A DNA stretch of 64,000 nt from assembly GCF_006345805.1 (NCBI RefSeq), contig NC_043005.1, positions 12,338,001 to 12,402,000 of the forward strand, given 5' to 3'. The position numbers were made by a program, and so were the translations under genes. Within the stretch, counting starts at the first letter, position 1. Every line of letters starts with the position of its first letter. The stretch is from Octopus sinensis. Lineage: Eukaryota. Under the pieces are notes generated by a model. That model was not told where the DNA came from. It saw only the letters and a program-made list of their open reading frames with translations, and ran no database searches. Below, piece by piece: positions 13,165 through 26,439 of the stretch.

Positions 13165-13971
13165 ATCTATAATGTCCAAGACTTTACTGAGGTAAAGGTG
13201 TACCGAACTATGGGCCATCTATATGTTCCGATGTCATTCCCTTCGATTTGTTATTTGTCGATATGTAAGTGGACTTTGTTGATAGAAACTTCTAACCCAT
13301 ACGCTTTATTTGTTATTCACAGTTTAGCAGGGAAGATTGTATGTTACTTATTTCGAGAAATTATATATAAATCTACCTTTAAAACAAATCTTACAAAAGT
13401 GGGCAAATATGAATGTTGAAATATAGTTGGGGTAATGTTTCTTTTCTGTCTTTATCTCGAGAATATTGTAATAGGAAGTGACGGAGAATGAGTGCTACAC
13501 ATCAAGGGAGAAATACCGATACAGTGAGAGGATGGAGGTAGATATGTGTTCCATCAAAGTCCCTTTACTTCTTGTAGTCACTGTTTAATCTTAGTACACT
13601 TCTTTCTTACGTTCTTTTTTTTTTCGCATCACGAGACAAAATGAGTGACAAAAGTAGAATTTGTCTTCAACTGGCCTCTAGAAAATGAAATGAGACGGAA
13701 ACCGAATAATAACAGAATAACAGTACACGAGAGAGAGAATCAATATGAGGAACAGTGTGAAAGAGATAAATTATCAGAAAATAGACATAGGATGATTTAT
13801 ACAGAAAGACAGAGGAAGACATTGTCAGATACAGAGAGAGACGTACAGAAACATTGCACTGTCTCTCTCTCTCTCTCTCTCCCTCCCTCTGTTTACATAC
13901 ACACACTCATATCTAATTGTACGTTATCGGCCAAAGTTGGGGCCCCTACAATGTCTTTGAACTCCTAGAAA

Positions 13972-14348
13972 TCTCTCTATATATAAACGGCAGTTTGTCT
14001 GTGCGTGTTTCTGTGTGTCTGTTTTCTTGTACCCTCACCCTGACCACGGCTTTCAACCGATTCTGATGAAACTTGACACACACATAGCCCAATGTCATAA
14101 TTCAAAACTAACGCACCGAAAATTTTGAAAAGTTCCCCCAGTTCTGAAAAAGATCGGTAAATTCGACATGGGTTCGACAATCAGAAACACAAACCACAGG
14201 GGACGCAACTCGACCTTTTTAACTATCAAAAATAAATTTACCATCATTTTCTTCCCATTTTTTTTGCTATTTTTTGGCTATAACTCTCTAAAAATGCTTT
14301 ATAGTTATTTCCCTTACAAACCCGAGCAACGCCGGGCGATACTGCTAG
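13972..14348 (+). mobile_element. Non-autonomous Helitron-like element
   Basis: 5' TC and 3' CTAG inserted between A and T; subterminal hairpin CCCG-AGCAACGC-CGGG; 5' GTCT/GTGT-rich tract; no TSD. Confidence 0.75.
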
Positions 14349-17103
14349 TAGTAAATAATTCTCTTTCATAGATTAGCATCGTTGTCATTTACGACAGATG
14401 AATAACACGTTAGTGATTATTGGCCACCAGATATTATGTATGGAAAATGAAAAGGGTGCATTGTTCACAGTTTGATAGACTTTCATATGTCTGCTTAGTC
14501 AGGGCTATGCACCATTGTTGCCGTCTCGAATTGCGGAGATAGCAGCCAAATATACCTCAAATCACACCTCACTTGTCTGAATAATGCCGAATGCATTACA
14601 CAATTCAACGTAGACTCTGTCAACAAAATGAATGAAATGTTCGCTGCTGGAAGTTCTTTTCGCTTGCTCGATCAGGACTGACTTGTAGCTAAAGTATAGT
14701 AATTCACATCGAAAAGAAAAGCATACTAAAACAAGGATATCAACAAATGATATCTATAGCTAACAGAAATAACAGCTAAATCTCTTTCAAAATACACCAT
14801 ACTATATTATGTATTATGTAAGCTCCTATGTATAGATGCTTGCACGAAATAATGAGGTAAGAAGAATATGGCATGAATGAAACAATATGGTATGAATGAT
14901 AAAATATGGTAGTAACAATGTACGAGGCAATATAGTAGGAACAATATGGTATGTACATGTATCCTCGTCAAGAGATGAAGCATATTTAGCTCTTGAATTG
15001 CTTCTCATTTTAGTAATTGTACATTAGCCATAAGTTTATACATGCATACATACACATATTCACACTTGATTCGTGCATATACGCACGCACACAAAAGCAC
15101 ACATTTATTTAAACTCTTATACACTCACATACTTCAACAAATATACGCAATTATACATATATATGTGCTTCCATATATAATCAGACATAAATACACTGAG
15201 GCCCATATATCTACGCTTAAAGCTATACATGTAAATGTCTGCACACATATCCATATATGCACATCTACACACATCTAAATGCTCAGGTAAGTTTAGACTT
15301 ATTTATATGACTATATACATGTACACAAATACGCCCTCATGCAGAGCTATAAACATCTGTATATGCAAATCCAACTACACGCCCTCGCGTGCACTCAGCC
15401 ACACACTCACACAAACACACACATATTTATATATAAGCGAAATTTTCTCTAATAAAGGAATTATATGTAATGACATTATTTTAACCTGTTTCTTAAATAC
15501 CGCTCTATGAAAACCAATTCATCTGAAGTTCATCCATGGATTTACAATATAGAATTGTGATGGACCATAGCTTGAGAACCTACCAAAAGATTACTTGGAA
15601 TTCTTCACTGATCTAAGTAATATTATTAGCCTGATGTGCCAACAGATAGATCATGAAGTATTTTGCCCGGATTCGTAATCACTACATTATTTTCTTAACA
15701 TCTTCTTTGAAGTGAAACTTAATTTACACCAATCAGCGCAATACAAATAGCAAACAACTGTCACAGACATATGTCACAGTTGTTAATTGTCTGAGCGGTT
15801 AACACAGTATCGTATGCTGAGAATATAGCTGGCATAAATATATCTCCCTATTTATCAGTATAATTTGTAGGGACCTATTCCGACAGTGTGTCATTCAAGG
15901 TCACGTAGGCCTTCATACAAGTGCATAGTTGAACGAATATCAACCCTCATACGTAGATACCCCGACATTATCGATAATTTCAACATGGCACTTCTATTCA
16001 CTGAGTGAAATGCGTTAGCTTGATACACAGAAACTTGCAAAAAAGTGCATTGTCCCTGGCAAGACCACCTGGAAACATAACTGCGGCAGGCGTTGTTCAC
16101 TGCCCTTCCTTTTAAATACGCCAAGGCGTGTTAAACGTGACCATCTATTAATTGTTGCAAAATGAGCCAATTTTAAGTAATCTTCTTGCAAAACTAAGAT
16201 GGTGTTTCTTCATTCAGTGAAGAGTTGGTAAATACAATACAGAGTGAAGACAATAAAACAGATGACAACTACAAGCAGATATTAATCATTTTGTCCGTCA
16301 AGTTGGATGGTAACACATTTATCTTATCAACTATATAGACACACATACACAAACACCTCTATACATACAGTTTTTATATATATATACATATACATATAAA
16401 TATACATATACATATACACGTACACATATGTAAGCTATTATACATGTGCATACATTCATTTAATCACTCGTATGTACGCGTATATTTGTGTATGTGTGAG
16501 AATGCAAATGCGTACGTAATTGCGTTTGTTGGTTCGTGTTTATAATTATCTGTTACAAGTCATATAATTATAATTTTCTTGTCATTGAAAATGACATCAA
16601 TTTAAATTGTATTCACTTGATAAATATTCTTTACAGTTATAAAATAGCAATTTTGAAAAAACATGTCTGTCAATTGTATACTCATTGGTTAGTTTCTATC
16701 ACACTATCGAGAATTTATGCTAAAATTATGGAGAAAAAACAAATCAATAATATAATTATTACTCAATTCTTTATTTTAAGAATTACTTAGCTTGCAATTT
16801 TTCTGGAGAGAATTTACAATTGAACAGGGGAGGTGTATACATATTTTTATAGATATAATTTTATACACGCTACTAATTTTTTATTCCTACTCGCTATATG
16901 AGTTTTGTACATTTCTTTCTGTCTAAATATTTATAGTTTATGCATACAGTGTATAAACATATAAAAAATAACACTGACACAATGAGTGACACCTTCCGCA
17001 CGACGTTTTTTGTTTGTGTTTTTGTGTGTCGGTACGTAACAGGTAAGCTTTTATGTATGTGTGTATGTATGCATGTATGTATGTATGTACATATGTATGT
17101 ATG

Positions 17104-17963
17104 TCAGTTTTATTTCAAACTTTCTTACCAATAGAGAAAGATCAGACTTCGAATCAGCTTTCTCCTTTCCTTCCTGGTTTTAAGAAGCCTAATTTCTCAA
17201 CATTGATATTAAGGCAATCCGTTACATATCTCAGGGACCCAATAGTTACAGGTATAAACCTGAACCTGTAATCTGGGTAGAGTAACTGTAGATTTCTCAA
17301 TAGTAGTGTAGGTATTCTCTCTTTCTTTTCTTTTTTTTTTTAACTTATCTTCAGCTTTATGTTAACATCCGCTGGGCAGCTAATTTCCGCAACAGTACAG
17401 TTTCTCTTCGCTTTCCCAACTCATTATATCAGGTCTGTAGTGCTTACATTTTTATTTTTTTAGGTTGTCACTGGAACATTACACCAGTACTCCTTTGTTT
17501 ATAAGTGGCTATGGCTATACTATACTGTGGGTTCTTATTTCTTTGTTCTCGGGGTTATCCTTCCGCCGGATTTACAGAGTGTCCTAGCTACATTATAGAG
17601 TGTCTTAGCTACAACATCATGTGACATCGGTAGATAATACCGTGACGACGTTTTCAGACAACGGCTTATGATGTGGAGGATATCTTTGGTGTTAACTCCA
17701 CAAAGTCTGCATCGGTTGTAATATTTTACTGCTTTTCCTGCATCTGTATCCATTTTGTGCATCAAGTATTTGGCTGCTATTTCTCGTTCCTGGATTGCAA
17801 ATGCATACCCTTGAAAGTAGAAGATAGTAATCCGGTTATTGGTCCATGAAAGACTGCTTTGATGAAGCAGTTAATGTTACTATCATCTTGCAACTTCCTA
17901 TCATATCCAAGCATAGTTTTCCGCTCATATATCCTCATTGCTTTCATCTGATGGTGCTTTGTG
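17104..17963 (-). mobile_element. RLE-type LINE fragment (family B) with CCHC zinc knuckle and RLE tail, flanked by (TATG)n on both sides
   Basis: AFAIQEREIAAKYL...CRLCGVNTKDILHIISRC...HDVVAKTLY and LLRNLQLLYPDYRFRFIPVTIGSL. Confidence 0.8.
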
Positions 17964-18020
17964 GTATGTATGTATGTATGTATGTATGTATGTATGTATG
18001 TATGTATGTATGTATGTATG

Positions 18021-18330
18021 ATTTCTCTTTCTCTTTTTAATGTAGAGTAAGTTTCGACCGATCACTGACTTGGTTGCAAGGTTGTGAAGGAAAGTATCAT
18101 GATTTAACTGTCATCCTTTGAATCGTAAAAAGGTCTCTCAGATTTTTATAGTCCTAGATATCGTGAACCTTTGCAGGTTATAAATCAAGGTATTGCATTC
18201 TCTCCCCATGATTCAGCCGTACAAGACTCCAGATGGGTTGGTATGTATCCTATTTCCCGAACAATAATGGGTACGAAGCTGAAAGTGTATGCTGAGTACT
18301 GGATTTGCAAACTCTTTATCAATGGTCCAT
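18021..18330 (-). mobile_element. RLE-type LINE 3' end (diverged family B) between (TATG)n tracts
   Basis: GPLIKSLQIQYSAYTFSFVPIIVREIGYIP resembles the RLE C-terminus. Confidence 0.6.
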
Positions 18331-18382
18331 GCATGTATGTATGTATGTTTGTATGTATGTATGTATGTATGTATGTATGTAT

Positions 18383-19760
18383 GTTTGTGCTATTTAAATC
18401 CGTCATCTGAGGAAATGTTGATTTTTAACAAACATACAAAGCTCCATCAGCGGAATGTCCATTTTAAACTTAAGAAAAGTATTTCATAATTTTACTGTCC
18501 CACTTACAGATTATATTTGTAATGTGCAAGTTAGGTAGCTGCTTTCCTTTTCTGAAAATACTAGGTAATTTCCTAGGAATTTAATTAATAAACCAAGTGC
18601 ACCAATTAATTATTGGTATGAATGTAAAATGATATTCTGCATATAGAAGCTGTTGGTTTCTAAGCAGTTCTCGATAGTCATCCTGTTTCTCTTTGATTGT
18701 CAAAGCGAAAGACACATCACCAGAGTAACGGATCTCTCTCACGGTATATACTTTTTTAATCTTTCAACATTTTGGGGCAACTGTTAATTAATCCTGTAGA
18801 TGTACCTGTCCGCTACCTTAGATCTGTTTCGCCATGCCCAATCATTACATCATCGACAACAAATGAAATTTCTTCGACATCTACAATGGCTGTGTCCACC
18901 TCACTATCCCAGCGCGATATCGTATGATGACAGTTACCAACCAGTTGAGAGCATATTTCTGAAATTCCATGTGTTATATTTCGACTACAAGACAAGCTTT
19001 AATCTCTTCAAATCTTTTGATTTACTTTTTGTTGTTTTTATTTATGCATAATACCTAGCAACTCGTATCCGTTGTAATCAAGTTCTAACATTTCTTCTTC
19101 AGGTCAGCATATTCCATTAAAATAGGTACACTTTTCCCATCTCATCACTAGAGTTTCATCATTTGATGTACGAAAACCATTCCAATATCACAGCAACACA
19201 CCGTAGCTGTTTTAACAGGAGTGAATTTATCCCTCTTTTGCACACTCTGCAAATATCCTTAAAATATCCATGTGGAATTCATGATTTAGAGGAAACACAT
19301 TTCTTCCTTGTTTGTGGGAAGATAGCTTTTTAAATGTCAATGTGATGGCTAAGAGTCTGGTGACAAACAACTAAAAGGGGAATGAGTAGTTCTGTAGATT
19401 ATCTCTTTTCTGGCCTCACTTACCTGTTCAACTTCAAGTTTTGTTTTCCAGAGTATCAGGCTAACACTGTGGAAGATACTGAGATATGTTAAACATTTTA
19501 TGTGACACTACCATTCTAAAATGAGTGCCACTCCCTACTCCATGCCTCAATTACTATTTTCCTACTTACAGTTCATCCTTACTATTCTCCAAATAATCAA
19601 ATGACCTTTAGTCCTTTCGAGCTCTTCCTGCGACTAATTAATCCAAAGTTAATAATTTGTTCTGTATGAAATGACTAATATTTTGGGGAAGTATCTGTTA
19701 TCAACTTCCGTACCAAACTGAGGCATGTAACTGGTTGAAAATTTCTTTTCTTTTACCTAC
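18383..19760 (-). mobile_element. Highly decayed non-LTR reverse transcriptase region
   Basis: FQPVTCLSLVRKLIT (RT motif, cf. YRPITCL) near 19690-19740; VPIL...EEEMLELD near 19070-19120. Confidence 0.45.
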
Positions 19761-22291
19761 ATTGTATCTTTCATTATCAAAGTTGGAAGTTTCTGAAACA
19801 TTCACTCTCATACAGGTTCCTGTGTTACACATTTATTGAGATGATTTCTGGTTTAGCTGTGCAAGATTTTTAGACATTTATCCAAAAGCCTCGATGTCCA
19901 TCTTGTTCTAAAGCTTTCAAGTATAATCCTATCTATCAATACAATAGATACTTGGATATTTAGTTACAACCCTTTATGTTCACATTTCAATTTTTCCAAT
20001 GATGGCTTTTCTTTTAATAGTTTCAAGTTTCAAAAAAGGGAAAACCAGTGAATTATTATTTCTTGTGCAACATCATCTAGCATAAGTGAATGTGAGCTGG
20101 CATTTAACTATGTTAAAAATCACTAATATTTTTTTGTTCATTCCCCGGGAAATTTATGAATCTGTAGGTCTCATTGGAAAGTATACTGCTTTCTTTTGTC
20201 ACACTCCTGTACATTTCCGAACGCGTATCTCGGCGGGGCCGATTTTCCATTCAACCTCCGAAGCTCCATAAAATAAACACAAGGAAATTACGGGAGCCCA
20301 TTTACTCGAGTATCTGTCTATTAAAAAACCGAGGCCCTTTGCCAAATGCTAGGAGTTCTATTATTGGTATTATTTCATCAGCTACGGATGAACGAAAAAC
20401 GAAGTCAAGGAAGAGAATATTTGAACTAGAAACACGAAAACTACGTAATTACATAACCAAAGCCTTTAATGCATTACATCTGTCACTTTACTGTTTCCGA
20501 CTTCTCGACCATCTGAATAATCAATGAGTTGTTTTATTGGAGATCCATTTAGGGCGTTAAATGGTACTAAAACGATGAGGAAAAAATATTAACTCTGCAA
20601 TGTTTGAAGATCCATTTTCGTCGTGGAAAATGTAAATCAAAAAAGTAAGATGTTTATATTACTTTTTTTCAGAAATTAGTCATAGTGCTGAAAGAGGAAA
20701 AAAAACATAAGGTAGAAAAGCGAACTAGAAAAAATATATCTGAATATTTGCTTCCTGTTCGTGTTAGAGATAAATACATCTGTAATTTATTGCTTAATTT
20801 CGATTTTATGGGAATAAAATAGATTTCTTTGATTTGCACGTGAAACGTTTTTCAGTCTCTCTAAAAAATTGCCAATAAAATTCTTACAGTTTAATACTAA
20901 TGGTGGATGCCACTGGCTGAGATAATGATTTTTAGAAAAATAAGCTCCAATTTTAGTGTAATGTCCAGATTTTCTTATTTTAGAATATCATATTAAGGTT
21001 TTACTTTAAACGCTATTTTGGTTTTAAAATATCCGGTAAGGCCCAAAACTGTCATAGTGTCGAACCTAGGAAATTTAAAACAAATACCTAAGGTAACAAA
21101 ATGAAATAAGTGAGATTATCTGGAAACGTGCAAGTGTTAGATGAATAACTAATTAATTTTATGAACTCACATACTGAAGAATGTCATCAATATTCGCATA
21201 AAGAAAATCAGGAAATATTTTAGTTCAGGATATAAATATCACTTCTTTTGAAGTTAAGTGAAGTGTAAATATTAACTATAAACGAGTAATAAAACTGAAT
21301 CATTTGCATGTTTATAATTTAAGTTGAGGCTTTTTTAATGAGCGTATCGGCATTTAGACTGCTCCTACGTTTATAGACAAGCAAAAATGTTCATTTTATA
21401 TACACTATAAAATGCCAAGTTATCAATTATGGTATTTATTTATGTATGTTTGTCTACGTTTAATGTCCGGGAGACAACACTGCATCGAATCGAATTTAAT
21501 TCGTATTCTAGAAATAACCTGAGGTTATTTTATCGATGTCTAAGGGAGATGAAAAACTGTATGGAAATTAAATTCCTATATTAAATCATATTTTCTAGAA
21601 TTATGCACATGGAACCATAATTATGTCCATATCTATGCTGTAAGACGATGAGATAGATCACCGAAAAAGTTTTATTAATAATTATAATGAGAGATACGCC
21701 GTGCGTAAACGTTGCAGGATGCTAATATTCACTTAAAATCTTGACAACGAACATAAATCCTATTAAAGCGATTTTTATTTCAATCAATTCCCTTCCTTTT
21801 TATTACACACTAAATACCCTTTATCCCAACTAATGCGGGCTTTCAAATGTCTCTACTCACTTATTACATGGACTAAGCATTGGGTCATTTGTTATCTTGC
21901 TGAACAAGCAAGGAGCGGAGGGATGAGTCCTCTGGGTACTAGACGACTATCTATAAGTGCTATCTACCTTTCTATCGGCGCGGCGTACGTTTTCAGTGTC
22001 AAGCAACTTTATTTTCAATGGCTAAATCCACTTTACGTTTAGCAGTCTATAAAGTAGATAATATAATTATTAATGGATGTAACAGCAACACTGGCTAGCT
22101 AAGGATGGATTTGTTAGATTCTGTTGTCAATACTTCTCGCTAAAAAAAGTTGCCATACTTAAGTTGTAATTTTTTTCGCATCGCATTAGGGTTGTAAAAA
22201 CTAACGAGCTGCGACAATCAGTTGAGAACAGGATTAGCTTTACCTGTAATCCATTCCGTTTTCTCTACTTTCATATGTTATGACAATGCAT

Positions 22292-22677
22292 GGTGGAGGC
22301 GCAATGGCCCAGTGGTTAGGGCAGCGGACTCGCGGTCGTAGGATCGCGGTTTCGATTCCCAGACCGGGCGTTGTGAGTGTTTATTGAGCGAAAACACCTA
22401 AAGCTCCACGAGGCTCCGGCAGGGGATGGCGGTGATCCCTGCTGTACTCTTTCACCACAACTTTCTCTCACTCTTACTTCCTGTTTCTGTTGTACCTGTA
22501 TTTCAAAGGGCCGGCCTTGTCACTCTCTGTGTCACGCTGAATATCCCCGAGAACTACGTTAAGGGTACACGTGTCTGTGGAGTGCTCAGTCACTTACACG
22601 TTAATTTCACGAGCAGGCTGTTCCGTTGATCAGATCAACCGGAACCCTCGTCGTCGTAACCGACGGAGTGCTTCCAC
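22292..22677 (+). mobile_element. Young full-length tRNA-derived SINE
   Basis: A/B boxes present; 12-bp TSD ATGACAATGCAT (22280-22291, 22678-22689); nearly identical to 42566-42955. Confidence 0.92.
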
Positions 22678-23375
22678 ATGACAATGCATCCTATATCCAT
22701 TATTATGGTAATGTAACTCATTCATATTTACTAAGCGGTTTCTTTTCGTTATATACGATTATATGATACCAATATGCATTTTTCTCATACAATGTCCTTA
22801 ATGTACTGCCCGTGTGTCCCGTTATTATATACAAAAAGAGTGTGCTTTGATTATTAATATAGTGAAAGATATCTTACACTTATATACAGAAACACTGCAT
22901 CATTATATTTCATTACATTGTGCTCACCACTTCATTGATTGTAAGAGTGTTCCTCTTTAGAATATCGTGGGCAAGTGCCTTTACTTTCAATATTTCAATA
23001 TTTTTTTACAGTATCCTTGTTTTTAAATTATGAAAATACTCCTGTCTTAATATAACAGAATGTCCTTCAATTTTCTAAATAGTCTGTTCTCTTTCTAACA
23101 CATTTAAAAAATCTTTCTAACGTTATATCAATTTTCTGTTTTATAATGTTGTAATTATCCCACTCTTTTCTCTTTAACTAGTATATCGGATAACGCTTTT
23201 GTCTCTAACATATCGGAACAACTTCCCTTATAAATATATTCATTTCCATGACAGGCAGAAGTCTTTAAATATGACTTCACTAGGATCATATACGGCTTTT
23301 CTTGACTCGTTCAAATAACATTGTTCATCAAATATTTCGATGGATTCAATGGCCTCAAATTACACGTCGATTTTA

Positions 23376-23924
23376 TTGGGTTGTCCGGAAAGTGCGTGCC
23401 GATTTATAGTAGCTTACATTTCGACTTATTTTAGAACATGGTTGAGTCAATAAAACAAGATTTGATTGCAGCTCCATTTAGAGCACAGTTTAAGCTATAT
23501 TTTCGTGGAAGAAGGTTTCTGTTCCTATAACTTGTGTTAATTCTGTAACCCTTTAAAATGGGAGATAAGAAAGTTCATTTTCGGCACTTGATGATTTGGG
23601 AACCAGACAAAAATTGCTGCAGCTCGGCTGGGGTGTGTTACCCCACCGTCCATATTCACCAGATATTGCTCCTTCAGATTTCCACTTACTCAGGTCTCTG
23701 CAGAATAGTCTTAATGGTAAAAATTTCAATTCCTTGGATGACGTAAAAAGATTCCTTGATGAATTCTTTACCCTAAATTCTGGGAAAAGGATATTTTCAA
23801 GTTAAAGGAAAGATGGAGACGCATTGTGCAACAAAACGGCTCATATTTGGTTGATTAAAAGTGTAATGGCAAGTATTTATTGATATTTTTCTTTCCTTTA
23901 AAAATCGGCACGAACCTTCCGAAC
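23376..23924 (+). mobile_element. Internally deleted mariner transposon
   Basis: TA|TTGGGTTGTCCGGAAAGTGCGTGCCGATTT left TIR with a partial right TIR at 23902-23924; N-terminal MGDKKVHFRH joined to C-terminal LPHRPYSPDIAPSDFHL. Confidence 0.85.
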
Positions 23925-24562
23925 TTTCCTTAGCAAAACCATTTTCTATCTCCCCATCTCCCCCCTCTCTCTTTCTCTCAGGAAAATGGTAAGAGTACGG
24001 CAAATGAATAGCTTGAATTCTTCTAGAAATATTCTTCATATTAATTAGTGATGGTGCACAACGTAACCGCCTTCCCGGGATTCCGAAATTTATCCTGAAA
24101 TTCTGTTACTCGTTACGGTGATCCTTTCTTGTTTTACTTTTAATATTTATTTCATATAATATATGATCTGCAATGAAATGTGACAGATTTGTCGTCGCAT
24201 TTGTGTATGTGCGCGTGTGAGAGTGTAAGTACGTGTGTGTATGTGTGTGCATGTAAGTGTATGTTTGTATACAGTATGTTTGCATGTGTGTGTACGTGTG
24301 CATGTCAGTAACAGCGTGCATATCGGCATAATGGTTGTTGTATTTGTCTCCTCATACACAGATATTGCTGTTCAATATACATATGTATATATTCGAAGAC
24401 CACAAGCCCAGAACTGATCTTCCCTCTAGCATATATCCTATGCCGTCTTATTAGCGTACTGGTATGTCATGTGATCGTAAAGAAGACTGCGACAGTTGTC
24501 ATCCGGTATGAAAAGCATAAAGATCAGTATTGTATACAAACACACACACACACACACAATAT

Positions 24563-24608
<46 letters not shown>

Positions 24609-24609
24609 A

Positions 24610-24648
<39 letters not shown>

Positions 24649-24658
24649 GTGTGAAAAT

Positions 24659-24964
24659 GTGAAGGCGCATAGATCAATGGTTAGAGCGTCGAGCTTACGA
24701 TCGTGAGGTTGTGAGTTCGAATCCCGAACCACCGGGATGCGTGTTGTGTTCTTGAGCAAGACACTTTATTTCACGTTGCTCCAGTCCACTCAGCTGTTTC
24801 TGCTGTTACCTCTTTCCCTTGGATAACATCAGTGGTGTTGAGAGGGGAGGCCGGTATTCACGGGCGACTGCTGGTCTTCCGTAAACAACCTTGCCCGGAC
24901 TTGTGCGTTGAAGGGTAACATTCTAGGTGCAACTCACGGTCAGTCATGTCGGAAGGGGGTCTCA
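24659..24964 (+). mobile_element. tRNA-derived SINE
   Basis: Pol III head, central GAGCAAGACACTTTATTTCACGTTGCTCCAG block and tail GGTCAGTCATG..CGAAGGGGGTCTC; same family as 57641-57937. Confidence 0.85.
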
Positions 24965-24976
24965 ATATATGTAAAT

Positions 24977-25034
<58 letters not shown>

Positions 25035-25048
25035 GTGTAACAAAGAAG

Positions 25049-25136
25049 TGCAGGTGTCAATTCATTACTGCCGTTTCAAGTGTCTCATGAAAACATTACA
25101 TCATTGCAAAGAGACTGTTTTCGTCAGATTACTGCA
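25049..25136 (-). ncRNA. Type I hammerhead-like motif with long stem II
   Basis: Minus strand: TGCAG-TAAT-CTGACGA-[43 nt with GTCTC/GAGAC helix]-GAAA-CGGCAG-TA-ATGA-ATTGACAC-CTGCA. Confidence 0.55.
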
Positions 25137-25469
25137 TAGACATCGAATACAAAGGACAAACTAACTCCTTTAACATATTCGTATCGTCAAAGGAGCTCAA
25201 ATATTTACGTTGATTCTGCTGTTATATCTTTGGCAGAATCAGTTTAGAAAAATAGTCAATGTAGTGTCGAATCTATTAGAATTTAGAGGTTAATAGAGCT
25301 TATAGAGTACGTAACTAGGTCACTACTCTCAATTATTCCACCACCACCACCAATACTATAACCTCTACTAACTTTTAAAGATATAGCGGCAGAATCAATG
25401 TAAATATTTGAGCTCCGTTGGTGATACGAATGTTAAAGCAGTTGGTTTGTTTTTTGTGATCGTAGTCTA

Positions 25470-25570
25470 TGCAGTCATCTGACGAAGACGGTTTCCTTGC
25501 AATGATGTAATGTTTTCACTAATCGATTAAAGGAGTCGCTTGAAACGGCCGTAAGGAATTGACATTTGTA
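25470..25570 (+). ncRNA. Type I hammerhead-like motif with long stem II (inverted partner of 25049-25136)
   Basis: TGCAG-TCAT-CTGACGA (25479-25485)-[56 nt]-GAAA (25542-25545)-CGGCCG palindrome-TA; stem I imperfect. Confidence 0.55.
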
Positions 25571-25846
25571 CGTATTTGTTACTCATTAATATTTTATCCA
25601 CCTACTCTGGAATCTGCATTTCGGAAATTTTATAGAAAGTATTTTTGTATTTTTATATAAAGTACATGCCTGAACAACCAAGAGCGAATCTTAACTATAT
25701 ATGTGAGTGTGTGTATACACATTCATATATGTGTGTGTACGTGTGTATATATATATATATATATATGTGTGGGTGTGTGTGTGTGTGTGTCTGTCTGTAT
25801 GTGTGTTATAGTATCCTGTTCTGTGATGGTTAAGTCATCAAATGTG

Positions 25847-25861
25847 AGCGCCATCTGGTGC
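25847..25861 (-). promoter_or_regulatory. CTCF-like motif
   Basis: Minus strand GCACCAGATGGCGCT versus consensus CCACCAGGTGGCGC; lies outside recognisable repeats. Confidence 0.35.
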
Positions 25862-26009
25862 GAGATAAATATTGTTTAATTAACACAGTAAATAGTTTTG
25901 TGAGCAGTTTTGATGCGATGAAATCGCTTCAGACAACAGACGTGTTATAAAATCCTGAGTAGGTTATAAAAATATATACACTGTTTATTAAATGACGTAC
26001 ATAAATGCA

Positions 26010-26045
<36 letters not shown>

Positions 26046-26047
26046 TA

Positions 26048-26080
<33 letters not shown>

Positions 26081-26083
26081 TAT

Positions 26084-26298
26084 GTGGAGGCGCAATGGCC
26101 TAGTGGTTAGGGCAGCGGACTTGCGGTCGGAGGATCGCGGTTTCGATTCCCAGACCGGGCGTTGTGTGTGTTTATTGAGCGAAAACACCTAAAAGCTCCA
26201 CGAGGCTCCGGCAGGAGGTGGTGATCCCTGCTGTACTCTTTCACCGCTCTAAAAGGCGGTGCTCCAGCATGGCCGCAGTCAAATGACTGAAACAAGTA
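26084..26298 (+). mobile_element. Chimeric SINE (head of the 22292 family joined to the tail of the 27176 family)
   Basis: Head matches 22292 up to CTGTACTCTTTCACC, then switches to AAAGGCGGTGCTCCAGCATGGCCGCAGTCAAATGACTGAAAC. Confidence 0.8.
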
Positions 26299-26439
26299 CA
26301 GAAAAAAAATATATATATATATATTTAACCCTATAGTCTCTTATGTGGTGGTTTAATAAAGTATGTGATTGAGTATTATCTGGTAATTGATATTTGATTT
26401 AGATGCATTTCTCCGTTTTCTTATCTTGTAACAGAGGAG

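Noticed and set aside
22292-22370. tRNA gene calls at A/B-box sequences
   Set aside because: They run directly into SINE bodies, have TSDs or multiple diverged copies, and I could not close a cloverleaf.
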